A DNA stretch of 64,000 bases from Blastocatellia bacterium (GTDB lineage: Bacteria > Acidobacteriota > Blastocatellia > Pyrinomonadales > Pyrinomonadaceae). The position numbers were made by a program, and so were the translations under genes. Location of the stretch: NCBI GenBank assembly GCA_034665305.1, contig JAXDFZ010000010.1:307567-371566 (forward strand), given 5' to 3'. A model generated the notes under the pieces. It searched no databases. It saw only the letters and a program-made list of their open reading frames with translations, and was not told the origin of the DNA. Every line of letters begins with the position of its first letter. Within the stretch, counting starts at the first letter, position 1. Shown here one piece after another: positions 36,019 through 45,770 of the stretch.

Positions 36019-36129
36019 ACGGGCCCGCCCGCTACCGCAGGCGGTTCTGACAAATCGGCGCGCTCCATATCTGCAAACTTGAAACCTGAAACTTGAAACC
36101 CTACACTCGCAGCTCAACTCAGAAAAATC

Positions 36130-36969
36130 ATGCCTGTAAACTTTAACGACCTCGTCGCGCTGATGGCGCGCCTGCGCTCGCCTGAAGGTTGCCCCTGGGA
36201 CCGCGAGCAAACCTACGCGACGCTCGCACCGATGCTTTTGGAAGAAGCCTACGAAGCGTTCGATGCCCTCGAAGAAGCGCGCGAAGGCCGCGCTGATTCG
36301 TTGCGCGAAGAACTCGGCGATCTACTTTTTCAGATCACGTTCTTTGCGAAGGTCGCCGAAGAGCGCGGTGAATTCAATATCGACGACGTGATCGCGACGG
36401 TCCACGAAAAGATGGTGCGACGGCATCCGCATGTGTTCGCCGATGTTGAGGCGGGTGACTCCGCGGCAGTGTTGCGGAATTGGGAAGCGATCAAGGCCGA
36501 AGAGAAACGCGCCGCGCGCGGCGATTCCGCGAATGACGAAGCGGAGGTTTCCCTGCTCGCAGGCGTATCACGAAAAGCGCCAGCGTTGATGGAGGCCCAC
36601 CAGCTGACAACCAAAGCAGCGCGCGTTGGCTTTGACTGGGAAAAGGTCACCGACATCTTTGCCAAACTGGACGAGGAAACCGAGGAACTGCGCGCGGCGA
36701 TCGCCGCCCATGCAGAATCCAAAACCGAGGCCGATCACACGCGCATGCGCGAAGAGGTTGGTGACTTGTTGTTCGTGGTGACAAACATCGCGCGTCACCT
36801 GCAGGTGGAACCAGAAGCGGCACTGAAACTAACCAATCGAAAGTTTCGCCGGCGGTTCGAATACATCGAAACAAAGTTGCGCGAACGCCGGCAAGCGTTT
36901 GAGAATGCGACTCTCGACGAAATGGAATCTTTGTGGCAAGCGGCGAAGCTGGCTGAGATAAATGAATGA
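36130..36969 (+). CDS. mazG: Nucleoside triphosphate pyrophosphohydrolase MazG
   Basis: 279 aa. Tandem MazG domains (EEAYEAFDA...; EELGDLLF repeated). Confidence 0.9.
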   Translation: MPVNFNDLVALMARLRSPEGCPWDREQTYATLAPMLLEEAYEAFDALEEAREGRADSLREELGDLLFQITFFAKVAEERGEFNIDDVIATVHEKMVRRHPHVFADVEAGDSAAVLRNWEAIKAEEKRAARGDSANDEAEVSLLAGVSRKAPALMEAHQLTTKAARVGFDWEKVTDIFAKLDEETEELRAAIAAHAESKTEADHTRMREEVGDLLFVVTNIARHLQVEPEAALKLTNRKFRRRFEYIETKLRERRQAFENATLDEMESLWQAAKLAEINE

Positions 36970-36975
36970 CTCCCC

Positions 36976-37075
36976 GCCGATTGCGGAGTGCAGATTGCAG
37001 ATTTCGGATTAAAAGACGAAGCGCCTTTCTTCCTCAATCCGCAGTCCGCAGTCCGCATTCTGCAGCCGCAATCGC
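36976..37075. repeat. MITE-like repeat family B, copy 3 (downstream of mazG)
   Basis: GATTGCGGAGTGCAGATTGCAGATTTCGGATTAAAAGACGAAG...CAATCCGCAGTCCGCAGTCCGCATTCTGCAGCCGCAATCG. Confidence 0.75.
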
Positions 37076-37083
37076 TTGTGCCA

Positions 37084-38532
37084 CTACTGGTTCAGTTGCA
37101 GTGAACGCAGAATGTTGCTGAATGCGCTCTGGTAAGTGCTGTACTCATTCTGCGGCGCCACCGTGATCATGTAGAACAACTGGCCGTTCCGCAGTTGTGT
37201 GGTCACGATGTTGATTACTTCCTGCTGGCCGGTAGCCTCGTTGACGTTAGTCAGACGAGTTGAGAGGCCATTGCGACCGCCCACATACACTCGCGTCAAA
37301 CCAGTCTGCTGCCGCAGGTTGTTGTTCTGTCCTAACGAGCTCAACAGTTCGTTGGTCGCCTGCTGCAGGTTCTGTGACTGCGTTTGCGACACGCCGAACT
37401 GCACGCCATGCGTGAAAACGTCTGTGCCCTGAACCTGACCGTAGGCGCCCTCAGGTGCAAACCAGATTGACGATCCCTGGCTGCCCAACTGGCTCCAATT
37501 GTCAGGCACACTCACGCGAAACAGGTTCGATTCGCTGAATGTCCGGTAACGCGTCGAAGGATATGAAACTCGACCGCGGGGCGGGTTGCTGGGATAGTTT
37601 CCCGCCGGCTCGCCGTTGGGATAGCGTTGGCCGCTACGCGCAATTTCTGCCATCGATGCAGCGCGCGGCATGCCACGAAGTTGCGCCTGCACTTGCTGGA
37701 ACTGGCGATTGTCCCGGTTGGCCGTCTCCGTGTTGACTCGCAGCAGCGCGGCTTCCTGGTTGATGCGCTCGTAACGGTTGCCCGGGTTAGGGTGACTGCT
37801 GAGCCACTCCGGTCCGCCACTGCCGCCACCCTGTTGTTGAATAGTTTGGAACATGCGGGCCAGGTCGCGTGGATCGTAACCGGCGCGCGCCATGATCTGC
37901 GCCCCGAGGATGTCAGCCTGCGTTTCATATTTACGACTGTACTTCAAAGCGCCGGCCCCAAAACCAATTTGACTTCCCGCCCCGATGATCGCTCCGGGAG
38001 CGCCACCGATCACCGCACCGGCAATTTGGCCCAGCACCGAGCCGATTTGGAATTTCTGTGTTTCAGTGGCCTGCGCCGTCGCGTGACGCAAAGCGACGTG
38101 GCTAATCTCGTGGGCCATCACGCCCGCCATCTCACCTTCGCTATGCGCCGCCTGGATCATTCCGCGATTCACGTACATCGGCCCACCGGGTAACGCGAAA
38201 GCATTAATGTCGCGAGCGTCCACCACGTCAAACGTGTACCGAAACTGCGGATATTGAAACTCGGAAGGAATAGCCGCCACCAGGCGCTGTCCTACCGACT
38301 CCACATAGTTATCGATATTGCGGTCGCGAATGATCGGCATTTGCCGCTCGACTTGTTGGGCCGCCTCGCGGCCGGCCCGCACGTCGTCTTCTACCTTGTA
38401 CTTATTTTTTGGCGCAACGATTGGCGTTTGGCCGAAAGCTGCGAGGGGCGCAGCGAACAGAGCCAACGCTAACATCCACACAAATAGACTTTTGAGATTG
38501 CGATTATTGCTTCTAATCATTTCTTCCTCCAC
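37084..38532 (-). CDS. M48 family metalloprotease with a signal peptide
   Basis: HEISHVALRH zinc motif (HExxH) and the M48 fold. Signal sequence LFVWMLALALFAAPLAAFGQ. Confidence 0.8.
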   Translation of the reverse strand: MEEEMIRSNNRNLKSLFVWMLALALFAAPLAAFGQTPIVAPKNKYKVEDDVRAGREAAQQVERQMPIIRDRNIDNYVESVGQRLVAAIPSEFQYPQFRYTFDVVDARDINAFALPGGPMYVNRGMIQAAHSEGEMAGVMAHEISHVALRHATAQATETQKFQIGSVLGQIAGAVIGGAPGAIIGAGSQIGFGAGALKYSRKYETQADILGAQIMARAGYDPRDLARMFQTIQQQGGGSGGPEWLSSHPNPGNRYERINQEAALLRVNTETANRDNRQFQQVQAQLRGMPRAASMAEIARSGQRYPNGEPAGNYPSNPPRGRVSYPSTRYRTFSESNLFRVSVPDNWSQLGSQGSSIWFAPEGAYGQVQGTDVFTHGVQFGVSQTQSQNLQQATNELLSSLGQNNNLRQQTGLTRVYVGGRNGLSTRLTNVNEATGQQEVINIVTTQLRNGQLFYMITVAPQNEYSTYQSAFSNILRSLQLNQ

Positions 38533-38958
38533 ATCGTCTTTTGCTATCTTCCGATATTCGGCCCGGTCAAATACAGAGATTTCCCGTATTCCCGCTCTGA
38601 TTCAATCAAACGCAATGCCACTGTTATCAGCAGCCCACGATTGGGTTTTACGCAGGTTCGTTCCTCATTTGCGCAATCCTCCGCCCATTTCCCGCATGGT
38701 TTTGCCATTAACTCCGCAACCCGCTCGCAACAATTCGGGACATAAACGTGCATGCTTCAGGGACGTCAGGGTAAATCGCGATTAACAGACCGGAGCCCCC
38801 GCGGGGCGGCATAAATAGGATGAACGTTACGAATTATGTCGCTCGCTTCGCGAGCTTGGTTGCAATCGCCGACGTGGACCCACAGCTCGCGCTGTGGGCT
38901 ACGGGTATCGCCGCCCGCTATGCGGGCTTCGGAATCCAACTCGTCGCAGCCTACAAAC

Positions 38959-39924
38959 TCATTGAGGTTCACATCCCGACAGCAACGCGCGCGCGTTACG
39001 TTTCAGCCCGGCCAGCTTTGCGCGTTTCATGGCGCTGCGGCGAAACCTGGTCGCATAGGTTTCCGGTGTCAGTTCCAATATCTCAGAAAGGCCCGGGTTC
39101 ACATTATTTGAACGCGGTGCGAAACGCTCTTCTTCACTGTTTTGCGCGAAGCGATTCCACGGGCAAACATCCTGGCAAATATCGCAACCGTACAACCAAC
39201 CGGCGAGATTGCCCGCGAGGTCAGTCGGTATTTCCGATGCGCGCGATTCGATAGTCGCATGCGAAATGCATTGGTTTGAATCCACGAGGTAGGGTTCGAC
39301 AATCGCATCAGTGGGACACGCTTCGATGCAAAGCGTGCATGCGCCGCAGTGATCTTCGACCCGCTCGTTGTCATGGGCCAGTTCTAAATTCAACAACAAC
39401 TCACCGATGAAGATCCATGAACCGTAATCGCGTGTAATCAAGTTTGTGTGCTTACCAATCCAACCCAGACCGGCGCGTTGCGCCCAGGCCTTATCCATCA
39501 TCGGCTGGATATCTACGCAAACTTTTCCCTCCGCCGCCGGCCATCGGTCTTTGATCCAGTGTAGAAGGGCGCGCAACTTTTCGCCGACAACATCGTGATA
39601 ATCATCGCCCCATGCATAACGGGAGACTTTGCCGCGAGTAGGATCGCCGTCGTGCTGCGCGGGGGTTTGGTAATTAATCGCGACGACCAGGACGGACTTC
39701 GCAGCCGGAAAGATTTTGCGTGGATCAGTGCGTTGTTCGGGATCGCGAGCCATCCAGGCCATTTCACCGGCGTAGCCGCGCCGCAACCATTCTTCCAGGC
39801 GCCGGAGGTCACCAGCTAATGGTTCAGCCGGCACGATGCCGGCCTTCTGAAAACCGAGCGCGAAAGCGTGGGCCTTGATCAGTGCGGCGCCATCTACCGG
39901 CGAAATTGTTTCCGAGACCGTCAT
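38959..39924 (-). CDS. queG: tRNA epoxyqueuosine(34) reductase QueG
   Basis: 321 aa. Double 4Fe-4S ferredoxin motifs (CGACTLCIEACP; CDICQDVCPWN) and the QueG core. Confidence 0.85.
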   Translation of the reverse strand: MTVSETISPVDGAALIKAHAFALGFQKAGIVPAEPLAGDLRRLEEWLRRGYAGEMAWMARDPEQRTDPRKIFPAAKSVLVVAINYQTPAQHDGDPTRGKVSRYAWGDDYHDVVGEKLRALLHWIKDRWPAAEGKVCVDIQPMMDKAWAQRAGLGWIGKHTNLITRDYGSWIFIGELLLNLELAHDNERVEDHCGACTLCIEACPTDAIVEPYLVDSNQCISHATIESRASEIPTDLAGNLAGWLYGCDICQDVCPWNRFAQNSEEERFAPRSNNVNPGLSEILELTPETYATRFRRSAMKRAKLAGLKRNARALLSGCEPQ

Positions 39925-39997
39925 AGCTGGTTTGTGATGCTGTTAGTATATCCGCAGATTACGAAGATTACGCAGGCGCGAGGTTGGTTCAGTTGGC

Positions 39998-40092
39998 AAT
40001 CTCATTAGCACCGCACTTCAGTGCGGTGATCCGTAGTCCGGTCAAGTCGTATGGATGCCGCCCTAACACTGACTGAAGTCAGCCAATGAGGC
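39998..40092. repeat. MITE-like repeat family E, copy 1
   Basis: ATCTCATTAGCACCGCACTTCAGTGCGGTGATC...CTGACTGAAGTCAG...AATGAG, with internal hairpins CCGCACTTCAGTGCGG and CTGACTGAAGTCAG. Confidence 0.7.
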
Positions 40093-40148
40093 CTCTAAAC
40101 TGAAATACCGCCCAAACACAACCATCATTAAGAACTAACCCAACGATC

Positions 40149-41651
40149 ATGAGCAGAGACGGCTACATCCTGGCGATCGACCAGGGAACCACCGGTACCA
40201 AGGTGGTGATTGTCGATCACGACGCAAACATACGCGCGCGTGCTTATTCCGAATTTACGCAACGCTATCCGCAGCCGGGTTGGGTCGAGCACGACGCCGA
40301 AGAAATCTGGCGCGTCAGTCTCAGTCTGGTGGCGGAAGCCTTGAGATCGGCATCCATTGAAGCCCGCGAGATCCAGGCTATTGGCATAACGAACCAGCGG
40401 GAAACGGTGGTGCTTTGGGATCGCGTCACCGGTCTCCCGGTTTGTAATGCAATTGTCTGGCAGGACCGGCGCACAGCGAGCATTTGCGATCAATTAAAGG
40501 CTGCCGGTCTGGCGGAAACGGTTCGCGCCAAAACGGGCTTGGTAATCGATCCTTATTTTTCCGCGACGAAGATCAAATGGCTGTTGGACCACGATCCGCA
40601 ACTGCGTCAGCGAGCAACGCGCGGGGAGATCGCTTTTGGCACAGTGGATTCGTGGCTGGTTTGGAAACTCACTGGCGGACGCACGCACGTCACCGACTAT
40701 TCCAACGCTTCGCGCACGCTGCTCTTTAACATCAATGAGCTTCGTTGGGATGAAGAGTTGTTGGCCTTGCTCGACATTCCCGCGGAAATTCTTCCCGAAG
40801 TGAAACCCTCCTCGTTCATCTATGAACAGTCCGACCCGGCGGTTTTCTTTGGTCAAAGCGTTCCCGTCTCGGGGATCGCCGGCGATCAGCAAGCGGCACT
40901 GTTTGGGCAAGCCTGTTTCGAGGAAGGTTTGGCAAAGAACACTTATGGCACCGGTTCGTTCGTGCTGATGAACACGGGCAACCGTCCAGTACGCAGCAAC
41001 GCAGGTCTGTTGACAACCATCGCCTGGGGAGTTGCTGATGAGCCGGTTGTTTACGCGCTCGAAGGATCTGTTTTTATCACCGGTGCGGCAGTGCAATGGT
41101 TGCGCGATGGCCTTGGCATAATCGAAAGCGCCGCGGAAACAGAAGCGCTCGCGCTCTCGTTGGAAACAAATGACGGCGTGTTTTTTGTGCCGGCGTTGGC
41201 GGGACTGGGCGCGCCGCACTGGGATGCATACGCGCGCGGCACCATCCTGGGCATTGATCGCGGCACCACGAAAGCGCATCTGGCCCGCGCTGCCTTGGAA
41301 AGCATGTGCTACCAGTCGCGTGACGTGGTAGCGGCCATGGAGCAGGACTCGGGAACGCGTTTGAAGGAGTTGCGCGTCGATGGCGGTGCGGTCGGCAATG
41401 CTTTCCTGATGCAGTTTCAGGCCGACATTCTGGGAGTGCCAATCGAAGTTCCGTTGCTCACTGAAACCACCTCGTGCGGCGCCGCCTATCTGGCTGGCCT
41501 GGCTGTGGGTTTCTGGAAGAACACGGAAGAGATCGCCGCGACGTGGAAAGTGGCGAAACGATACGAGCCGCGCATTAGCGCAGCAGAACGCGAACGTTTA
41601 CAAGCACAATGGCTGCGGGCCGTCGAACGCGCGAAAGGTTGGGCCCAGTAG
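40149..41651 (+). CDS. glpK: Glycerol kinase
   Basis: 500 aa. [14 protein letters not shown] at the N-terminus and FGGK-family motifs throughout. Confidence 0.9.
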   Translation: MSRDGYILAIDQGTTGTKVVIVDHDANIRARAYSEFTQRYPQPGWVEHDAEEIWRVSLSLVAEALRSASIEAREIQAIGITNQRETVVLWDRVTGLPVCNAIVWQDRRTASICDQLKAAGLAETVRAKTGLVIDPYFSATKIKWLLDHDPQLRQRATRGEIAFGTVDSWLVWKLTGGRTHVTDYSNASRTLLFNINELRWDEELLALLDIPAEILPEVKPSSFIYEQSDPAVFFGQSVPVSGIAGDQQAALFGQACFEEGLAKNTYGTGSFVLMNTGNRPVRSNAGLLTTIAWGVADEPVVYALEGSVFITGAAVQWLRDGLGIIESAAETEALALSLETNDGVFFVPALAGLGAPHWDAYARGTILGIDRGTTKAHLARAALESMCYQSRDVVAAMEQDSGTRLKELRVDGGAVGNAFLMQFQADILGVPIEVPLLTETTSCGAAYLAGLAVGFWKNTEEIAATWKVAKRYEPRISAAERERLQAQWLRAVERAKGWAQ

Positions 41652-41657
41652 TTTTTT

Positions 41658-41784
41658 GGAGTGCGGTGGCAAGCGAAGCGCGACACCGCTTGGGATTGAT
41701 TCGATCAGTGAGATTTTTTTCAGCGTGAAGCCATGGGATACTAATCCAAAGCGCCGTCGCCGCTTCGCTCTGCCGGCGCACTCC
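41658..41784. repeat. Palindromic repeat family H, copy 2
   Basis: GGAGTGCGGTGGCAAGCGAAGCG...GTCGCCGCTTCGCTCTGCCGGCGCACTCC. The right end is nearly identical to the copy at 3243-3356. Confidence 0.6.
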
Positions 41785-41804
41785 AAATTCGGCCCCCGCG
41801 CCAA

Positions 41805-43391
41805 ATGAAGAGCAGTTCAACTTACGACGTAATCATCATCGGTGCCGGAATCAACGGCGCCGGGATCGCGCGCGATGCGGCCACGCGCGGGTTGCGCGTG
41901 TTGCTCCTGGACAAAAGCGACATGGGGGGCGGCACTTCCAGTTTCTCAACGCGCCTGATCCACGGCGGTTTGCGCTATCTGGAACACGGAGAGTTGGGGC
42001 TGGTCCGCGAGTCTTTGCGGGAGCGTGAAGTACTCTTAAGAATCGCGCCCCACCTGGTTCGCTCCATACCGATTCTGATTCCCATCTACCAACAAGCACG
42101 CCGTGGTCCATGGACCATTCGCGCCGGGATGATTGCTTATGACCTGCTCTCGCTTGCAAAAACGCTGCCGCGGCATCGCATGCTTTCGCGGACAGCAGCG
42201 TTGCAGCAGGCTCCGGGACTGAACCGCACGGGACTTGCCGGCGGAGCAATCTATTACGATGCGCAGGTTGAGTTTGCCGAGCGGCTCGTGCTGGAGAACG
42301 CATTGGCGGCGCAACAACAGGGCGCGGACATTGTCACCTATGCGCGGGTCGATCATTTCATAGTTGAAGACGAAGTGCTGCTCGGAGTTGAATTCATCAC
42401 CGAGCTAGACGGCAGCAACAACAGCGCGCGCGGGAATCTAATAATCAATGCCGCCGGGCCGTGGATCGATCAGGTGCTGGAACGATCTCGCATTAAGGGG
42501 AAGCGTTTGATTGGCGGCACGAAGGGAAGTCACGTGATCGTGGCCCCGTTTCCCGGTGCGCCGGCCGCCGCACTTTACATCGAAGCCCACGCCGATGGCC
42601 GGCCGTTTTTCATCATTCCGTGGAACGCTAACTACCTGATTGGCACGACCGACATTCATTACGAAGGCGATCTTGATCAGGTCGACGCCACGCCGGAAGA
42701 AATCGACTATCTGTTAGGCGAGACCAACCGGGTGATTCCCGGCGCGTATCTAGGTCGCGAGCAGATCCTTTACAGCTACGCCGGAGTGCGGCCGCTGCCG
42801 TTCGTGGACGACAAGAATGAAAGCGCCATTACCCGGCGGCACTTCATTCGCCAACACGCGCGTCATGCGAACTTGCTCTCGATCGTTGGTGGAAAGTTGA
42901 CTACCTATCGCAGCCTCGCGGAGGAAACGGTTGATCTGGCTTTCAAAAAACTCGGAAGAGACTCGCCGGCTTGCGTGACCGGGAAAGCGCTGCTGCCGGG
43001 CGCTATCGGTTCTGAGACTGCGTCGCCAGAAGTTCCAACTGCGGGCGGGTTTCCGCAAAAGGTAAATAAGCGGCTGGCGCGTATCTATGGTAGGCGAGCC
43101 AAGGAAGTCATGGAGCTTGCCTCTCAAGATGCATCACTGGGCACCACCTTCAACGCTGAAGCCGACGCCATCGCCGCCGAAGTAGTTTTTTCCTTTACGC
43201 GCGAGTTGGCGACGACGCTGGCGGATTGTTTACTACGCCGCACGATGATCGGATTGAATCCTTCACAAGGGATTGGCGACGATCTGGCAGCGGCCGACAT
43301 CGCGCGCAAACATTTAGGCTGGTCGGAAGATCGGGTGCGAAGAGAGGTTTCCGATTATCGAAAGCATCTGCCAGGTAAAGTTAATTCCTGA
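41805..43391 (+). CDS. glpD: FAD-dependent glycerol-3-phosphate dehydrogenase/oxidase
   Basis: 528 aa. N-terminal FAD dinucleotide-binding motif (DVIIIGAGINGAGIARDAATRG) and GlpD-like architecture. It sits directly downstream of glpK. Confidence 0.85.
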   Translation: MKSSSTYDVIIIGAGINGAGIARDAATRGLRVLLLDKSDMGGGTSSFSTRLIHGGLRYLEHGELGLVRESLREREVLLRIAPHLVRSIPILIPIYQQARRGPWTIRAGMIAYDLLSLAKTLPRHRMLSRTAALQQAPGLNRTGLAGGAIYYDAQVEFAERLVLENALAAQQQGADIVTYARVDHFIVEDEVLLGVEFITELDGSNNSARGNLIINAAGPWIDQVLERSRIKGKRLIGGTKGSHVIVAPFPGAPAAALYIEAHADGRPFFIIPWNANYLIGTTDIHYEGDLDQVDATPEEIDYLLGETNRVIPGAYLGREQILYSYAGVRPLPFVDDKNESAITRRHFIRQHARHANLLSIVGGKLTTYRSLAEETVDLAFKKLGRDSPACVTGKALLPGAIGSETASPEVPTAGGFPQKVNKRLARIYGRRAKEVMELASQDASLGTTFNAEADAIAAEVVFSFTRELATTLADCLLRRTMIGLNPSQGIGDDLAAADIARKHLGWSEDRVRREVSDYRKHLPGKVNS

Positions 43392-43392
43392 T

Positions 43393-43591
43393 TACGCCGA
43401 AGGCGTTGAATAACTCAGCCCAGGGGTAACACCCTGGAGACGGATTTGGAGTTACCGTTTCTTACCCTGAAAGAGTTGAAGAAGGAACTCCCACACCTCG
43501 ATTTACAACTCTTTCAGGGTAATTAATCACTACTGGGCATCGCCACCGAGGGTGTTACCCTGGGCTGAGTTATTCAACGCCGTCGGCGTAA
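43393..43591. repeat. Nested palindromic MITE-like element filling the glpD/rsmI convergent intergenic region
   Basis: About 43-bp near-perfect terminal inverted repeats (TTACGCCGAAGGCGTTGAATAACTCAGCCCAGGGGTAACACCCT ... AGGGTGTTACCCTGGGCTGAGTTATTCAACGCCGTCGGCGTAA). A perfect 16-bp inner inverted repeat (TACCCTGAAAGAGTTG ... CAACTCTTTCAGGGTA) lies inside. Confidence 0.7.
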
Positions 43592-43604
43592 GAAACAGCC
43601 TGAT

Positions 43605-44450
43605 TTAATTCCGCGCCCGCTCGGCGATGAAGCGGCGGTAAGCTTCGGCGCGCGGAATTCCCAACTCGCGGGCAGCCTTCTTCAAGGCAGCGCGATGCTC
43701 CATACCTTCGCTTTCAAATCTCGTCACCAACTCGAACACATTCGCTGTAGCAGGTTCGGTAGCGACATTCACGATCTCCCGGCGATCGATGATCAAAACC
43801 ATTTCACCGCGGACGCTTCCGGCGGAGGCAAAGCGCCCGGCTAGTTCGCTCAATAATCCGCGCGCGATTTCTTCATGAAGTTTCGTTAGTTCGCGCGCCA
43901 CTGCGGCCTGGCGTTCGCCAAGAACTGCAAGCGCATCGCGCAAGGTAGCCGCTATCCGATGTGGCGCTTCGTAGAAGATCAACGTCGCCTCAGTCGGCTT
44001 CATTTTCTCCAGGCGCGCGCGCCGAGCACTGGAACGCGCGGGCAGGAATCCTCCAAAGAGAAATTCATCAGTCGGCAAGCCCGAACCAATGAGCGCCGTC
44101 ACCACCGCGCTCGGCCCCGGGAGCGGAACGACATCGATGTTAGCGACGATTGCCTGCTGCACGAGGCGAAATCCCGGATCGTTTACGAGGGGTGTTCCGG
44201 CGTCGGATACCAGTGCCACATTGGCTCCGGCAGTGAGTTGCGCGCACAGCTCAGCGGCGCGCGTTTGCTCGTTATGCTCGTGGTAACTGATGGTCTTCGT
44301 TTTGATCGCGTAATGATTTAACAGCTTGCGTGTGTGGCGCGTGTCCTCGCAGGCGATGAGGTCGACTTCACTGAGGATGCGCAGCGCGCGCTGCGTAATG
44401 TCTTCCAGATTGCCGATGGGCGTGGGAACCAGATAGAGCGTGCCGGGCAT
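43605..44450 (-). CDS. rsmI: 16S rRNA (cytidine1402-2'-O)-methyltransferase
   Basis: 281 aa. The N-terminus LYLVPTPIGNLEDIT...CEDTR is the RsmI/tetrapyrrole-methylase fold signature. Confidence 0.9.
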   Translation of the reverse strand: MPGTLYLVPTPIGNLEDITQRALRILSEVDLIACEDTRHTRKLLNHYAIKTKTISYHEHNEQTRAAELCAQLTAGANVALVSDAGTPLVNDPGFRLVQQAIVANIDVVPLPGPSAVVTALIGSGLPTDEFLFGGFLPARSSARRARLEKMKPTEATLIFYEAPHRIAATLRDALAVLGERQAAVARELTKLHEEIARGLLSELAGRFASAGSVRGEMVLIIDRREIVNVATEPATANVFELVTRFESEGMEHRAALKKAARELGIPRAEAYRRFIAERARN

Positions 44451-44712
44451 GCGGCCTATTCTATCCGCTGATTACGCAGATTACACAGATGAGGAGAACG
44501 AAAACATTTTGCGGTCGGATCAGTTCGATTTCCAATCTGTGAAATCTGCGTAATCTGCGGGTACACTTCGCTCAAATGCGAAGCCTCGCTCATTGATCAA
44601 GAGGTTGGACGTAAAACCTGCAGCCGCTATGGGAAATCGTTTCGCCACGGTCGACTCCAAGGAGTTGGCGCGCACTCGCGATCGGTTGCTGTGGGTGGTC
44701 TTGTAGGATGCC

Positions 44713-45744
44713 CTAGATGATGTTGACACTCCGCGCGCCAGCAACCACGCACCCAATTCGGTAGCACGGCTCGCCGAGTTGACTGAGATGAGCTTCAATC
44801 GCGGGCGCATCGGACGGCGCGCAGACGATGACCATACCGACCCCCATATTGAACGCGCGAAACATCTCCGCCTCGGCAATGTTACCCAGTCGTCGCATCA
44901 CCTCGAACACCGGCAACACCGGCCATGAGCCCCGTTCGATTTCGACCGCAGCGTCTTCAGGCAGGATCCGCGGAATGTTGTCGGTGAGTCCGCCGCCCGT
45001 GATATGGGCCAGACCTTTGATCGCACCTGAATCCAGCAAGCCTTCCAGATGTCGCAAGTAACTGACATGCGGCTGCAAAAGGCTCGCGCCCACCGTCGTT
45101 CCTAATTCGTCGAGATGGGTGTTTGCGTGATGCCCGGCATTCTCAAAAAAAAGTTTGCGAGCCAGCGAGTAACCGTTGGTGTGCAAACCAACTGAAGGCA
45201 GCGCCAACAGCAGATCGCCGGCGATAATCTTCTTGCCATCGATGATGTGTTCGCGATCGACGACACCGACGATGAAGCCGGCCACGTCATATTCGCCATC
45301 GGCATAGAAGCCCGGCATCTCTGCCGTCTCGCCGCCCAATAACACACAACCATTTTCGCGACAGCCAGTAGCGATGCCTGCGACGATTCCCGCCACGGTT
45401 TCGGGGGAGAGTTTTCCGGTCGCGATGTAATCGAGAAAGAACAGCGGTCGCGCGCCCTGGACCAGGATGTCGTTGGTGCAATGATTGACGAGGTCGCGGC
45501 CCACAGTGTTGTGGATGCCGGTGGCAAAAGCAATTTTGAGTTTAGTTCCCACCCCGTCCGCCGAAGCCACCAACACAGGTTGGGTCATCTTCGGAAACGC
45601 GCCGTCGAACATTCCTCCAAAACTGCCGATCTCGGAAAGGGTGCGCGCGTTGAAAGTCGTCCGCGCCAGTTCTTTGATCTTGTCGGTGGCGCGGGTAGCG
45701 GCGTCGATGTCCACACCGGCATCGCTGTAGGTTACTGGTTTCAT
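44713..45744 (-). CDS. purM: Phosphoribosylformylglycinamidine cyclo-ligase (AIR synthetase)
   Basis: 343 aa. YSDAGVDIDA N-terminus and PurM N- and C-terminal domains. Confidence 0.9.
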   Translation of the reverse strand: MKPVTYSDAGVDIDAATRATDKIKELARTTFNARTLSEIGSFGGMFDGAFPKMTQPVLVASADGVGTKLKIAFATGIHNTVGRDLVNHCTNDILVQGARPLFFLDYIATGKLSPETVAGIVAGIATGCRENGCVLLGGETAEMPGFYADGEYDVAGFIVGVVDREHIIDGKKIIAGDLLLALPSVGLHTNGYSLARKLFFENAGHHANTHLDELGTTVGASLLQPHVSYLRHLEGLLDSGAIKGLAHITGGGLTDNIPRILPEDAAVEIERGSWPVLPVFEVMRRLGNIAEAEMFRAFNMGVGMVIVCAPSDAPAIEAHLSQLGEPCYRIGCVVAGARSVNII

Positions 45745-45770
45745 GAAGGATGTGCCGCAGGTCGCGTGTC

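Noticed and set aside
38318-39254. Plus-strand ORFs of 155 and 144 aa
   Set aside because: They overlap the M48 protease start and the queG 3' end in antisense. No motifs.
40494-41279. 261-aa minus ORF
   Set aside because: Antisense to glpK.
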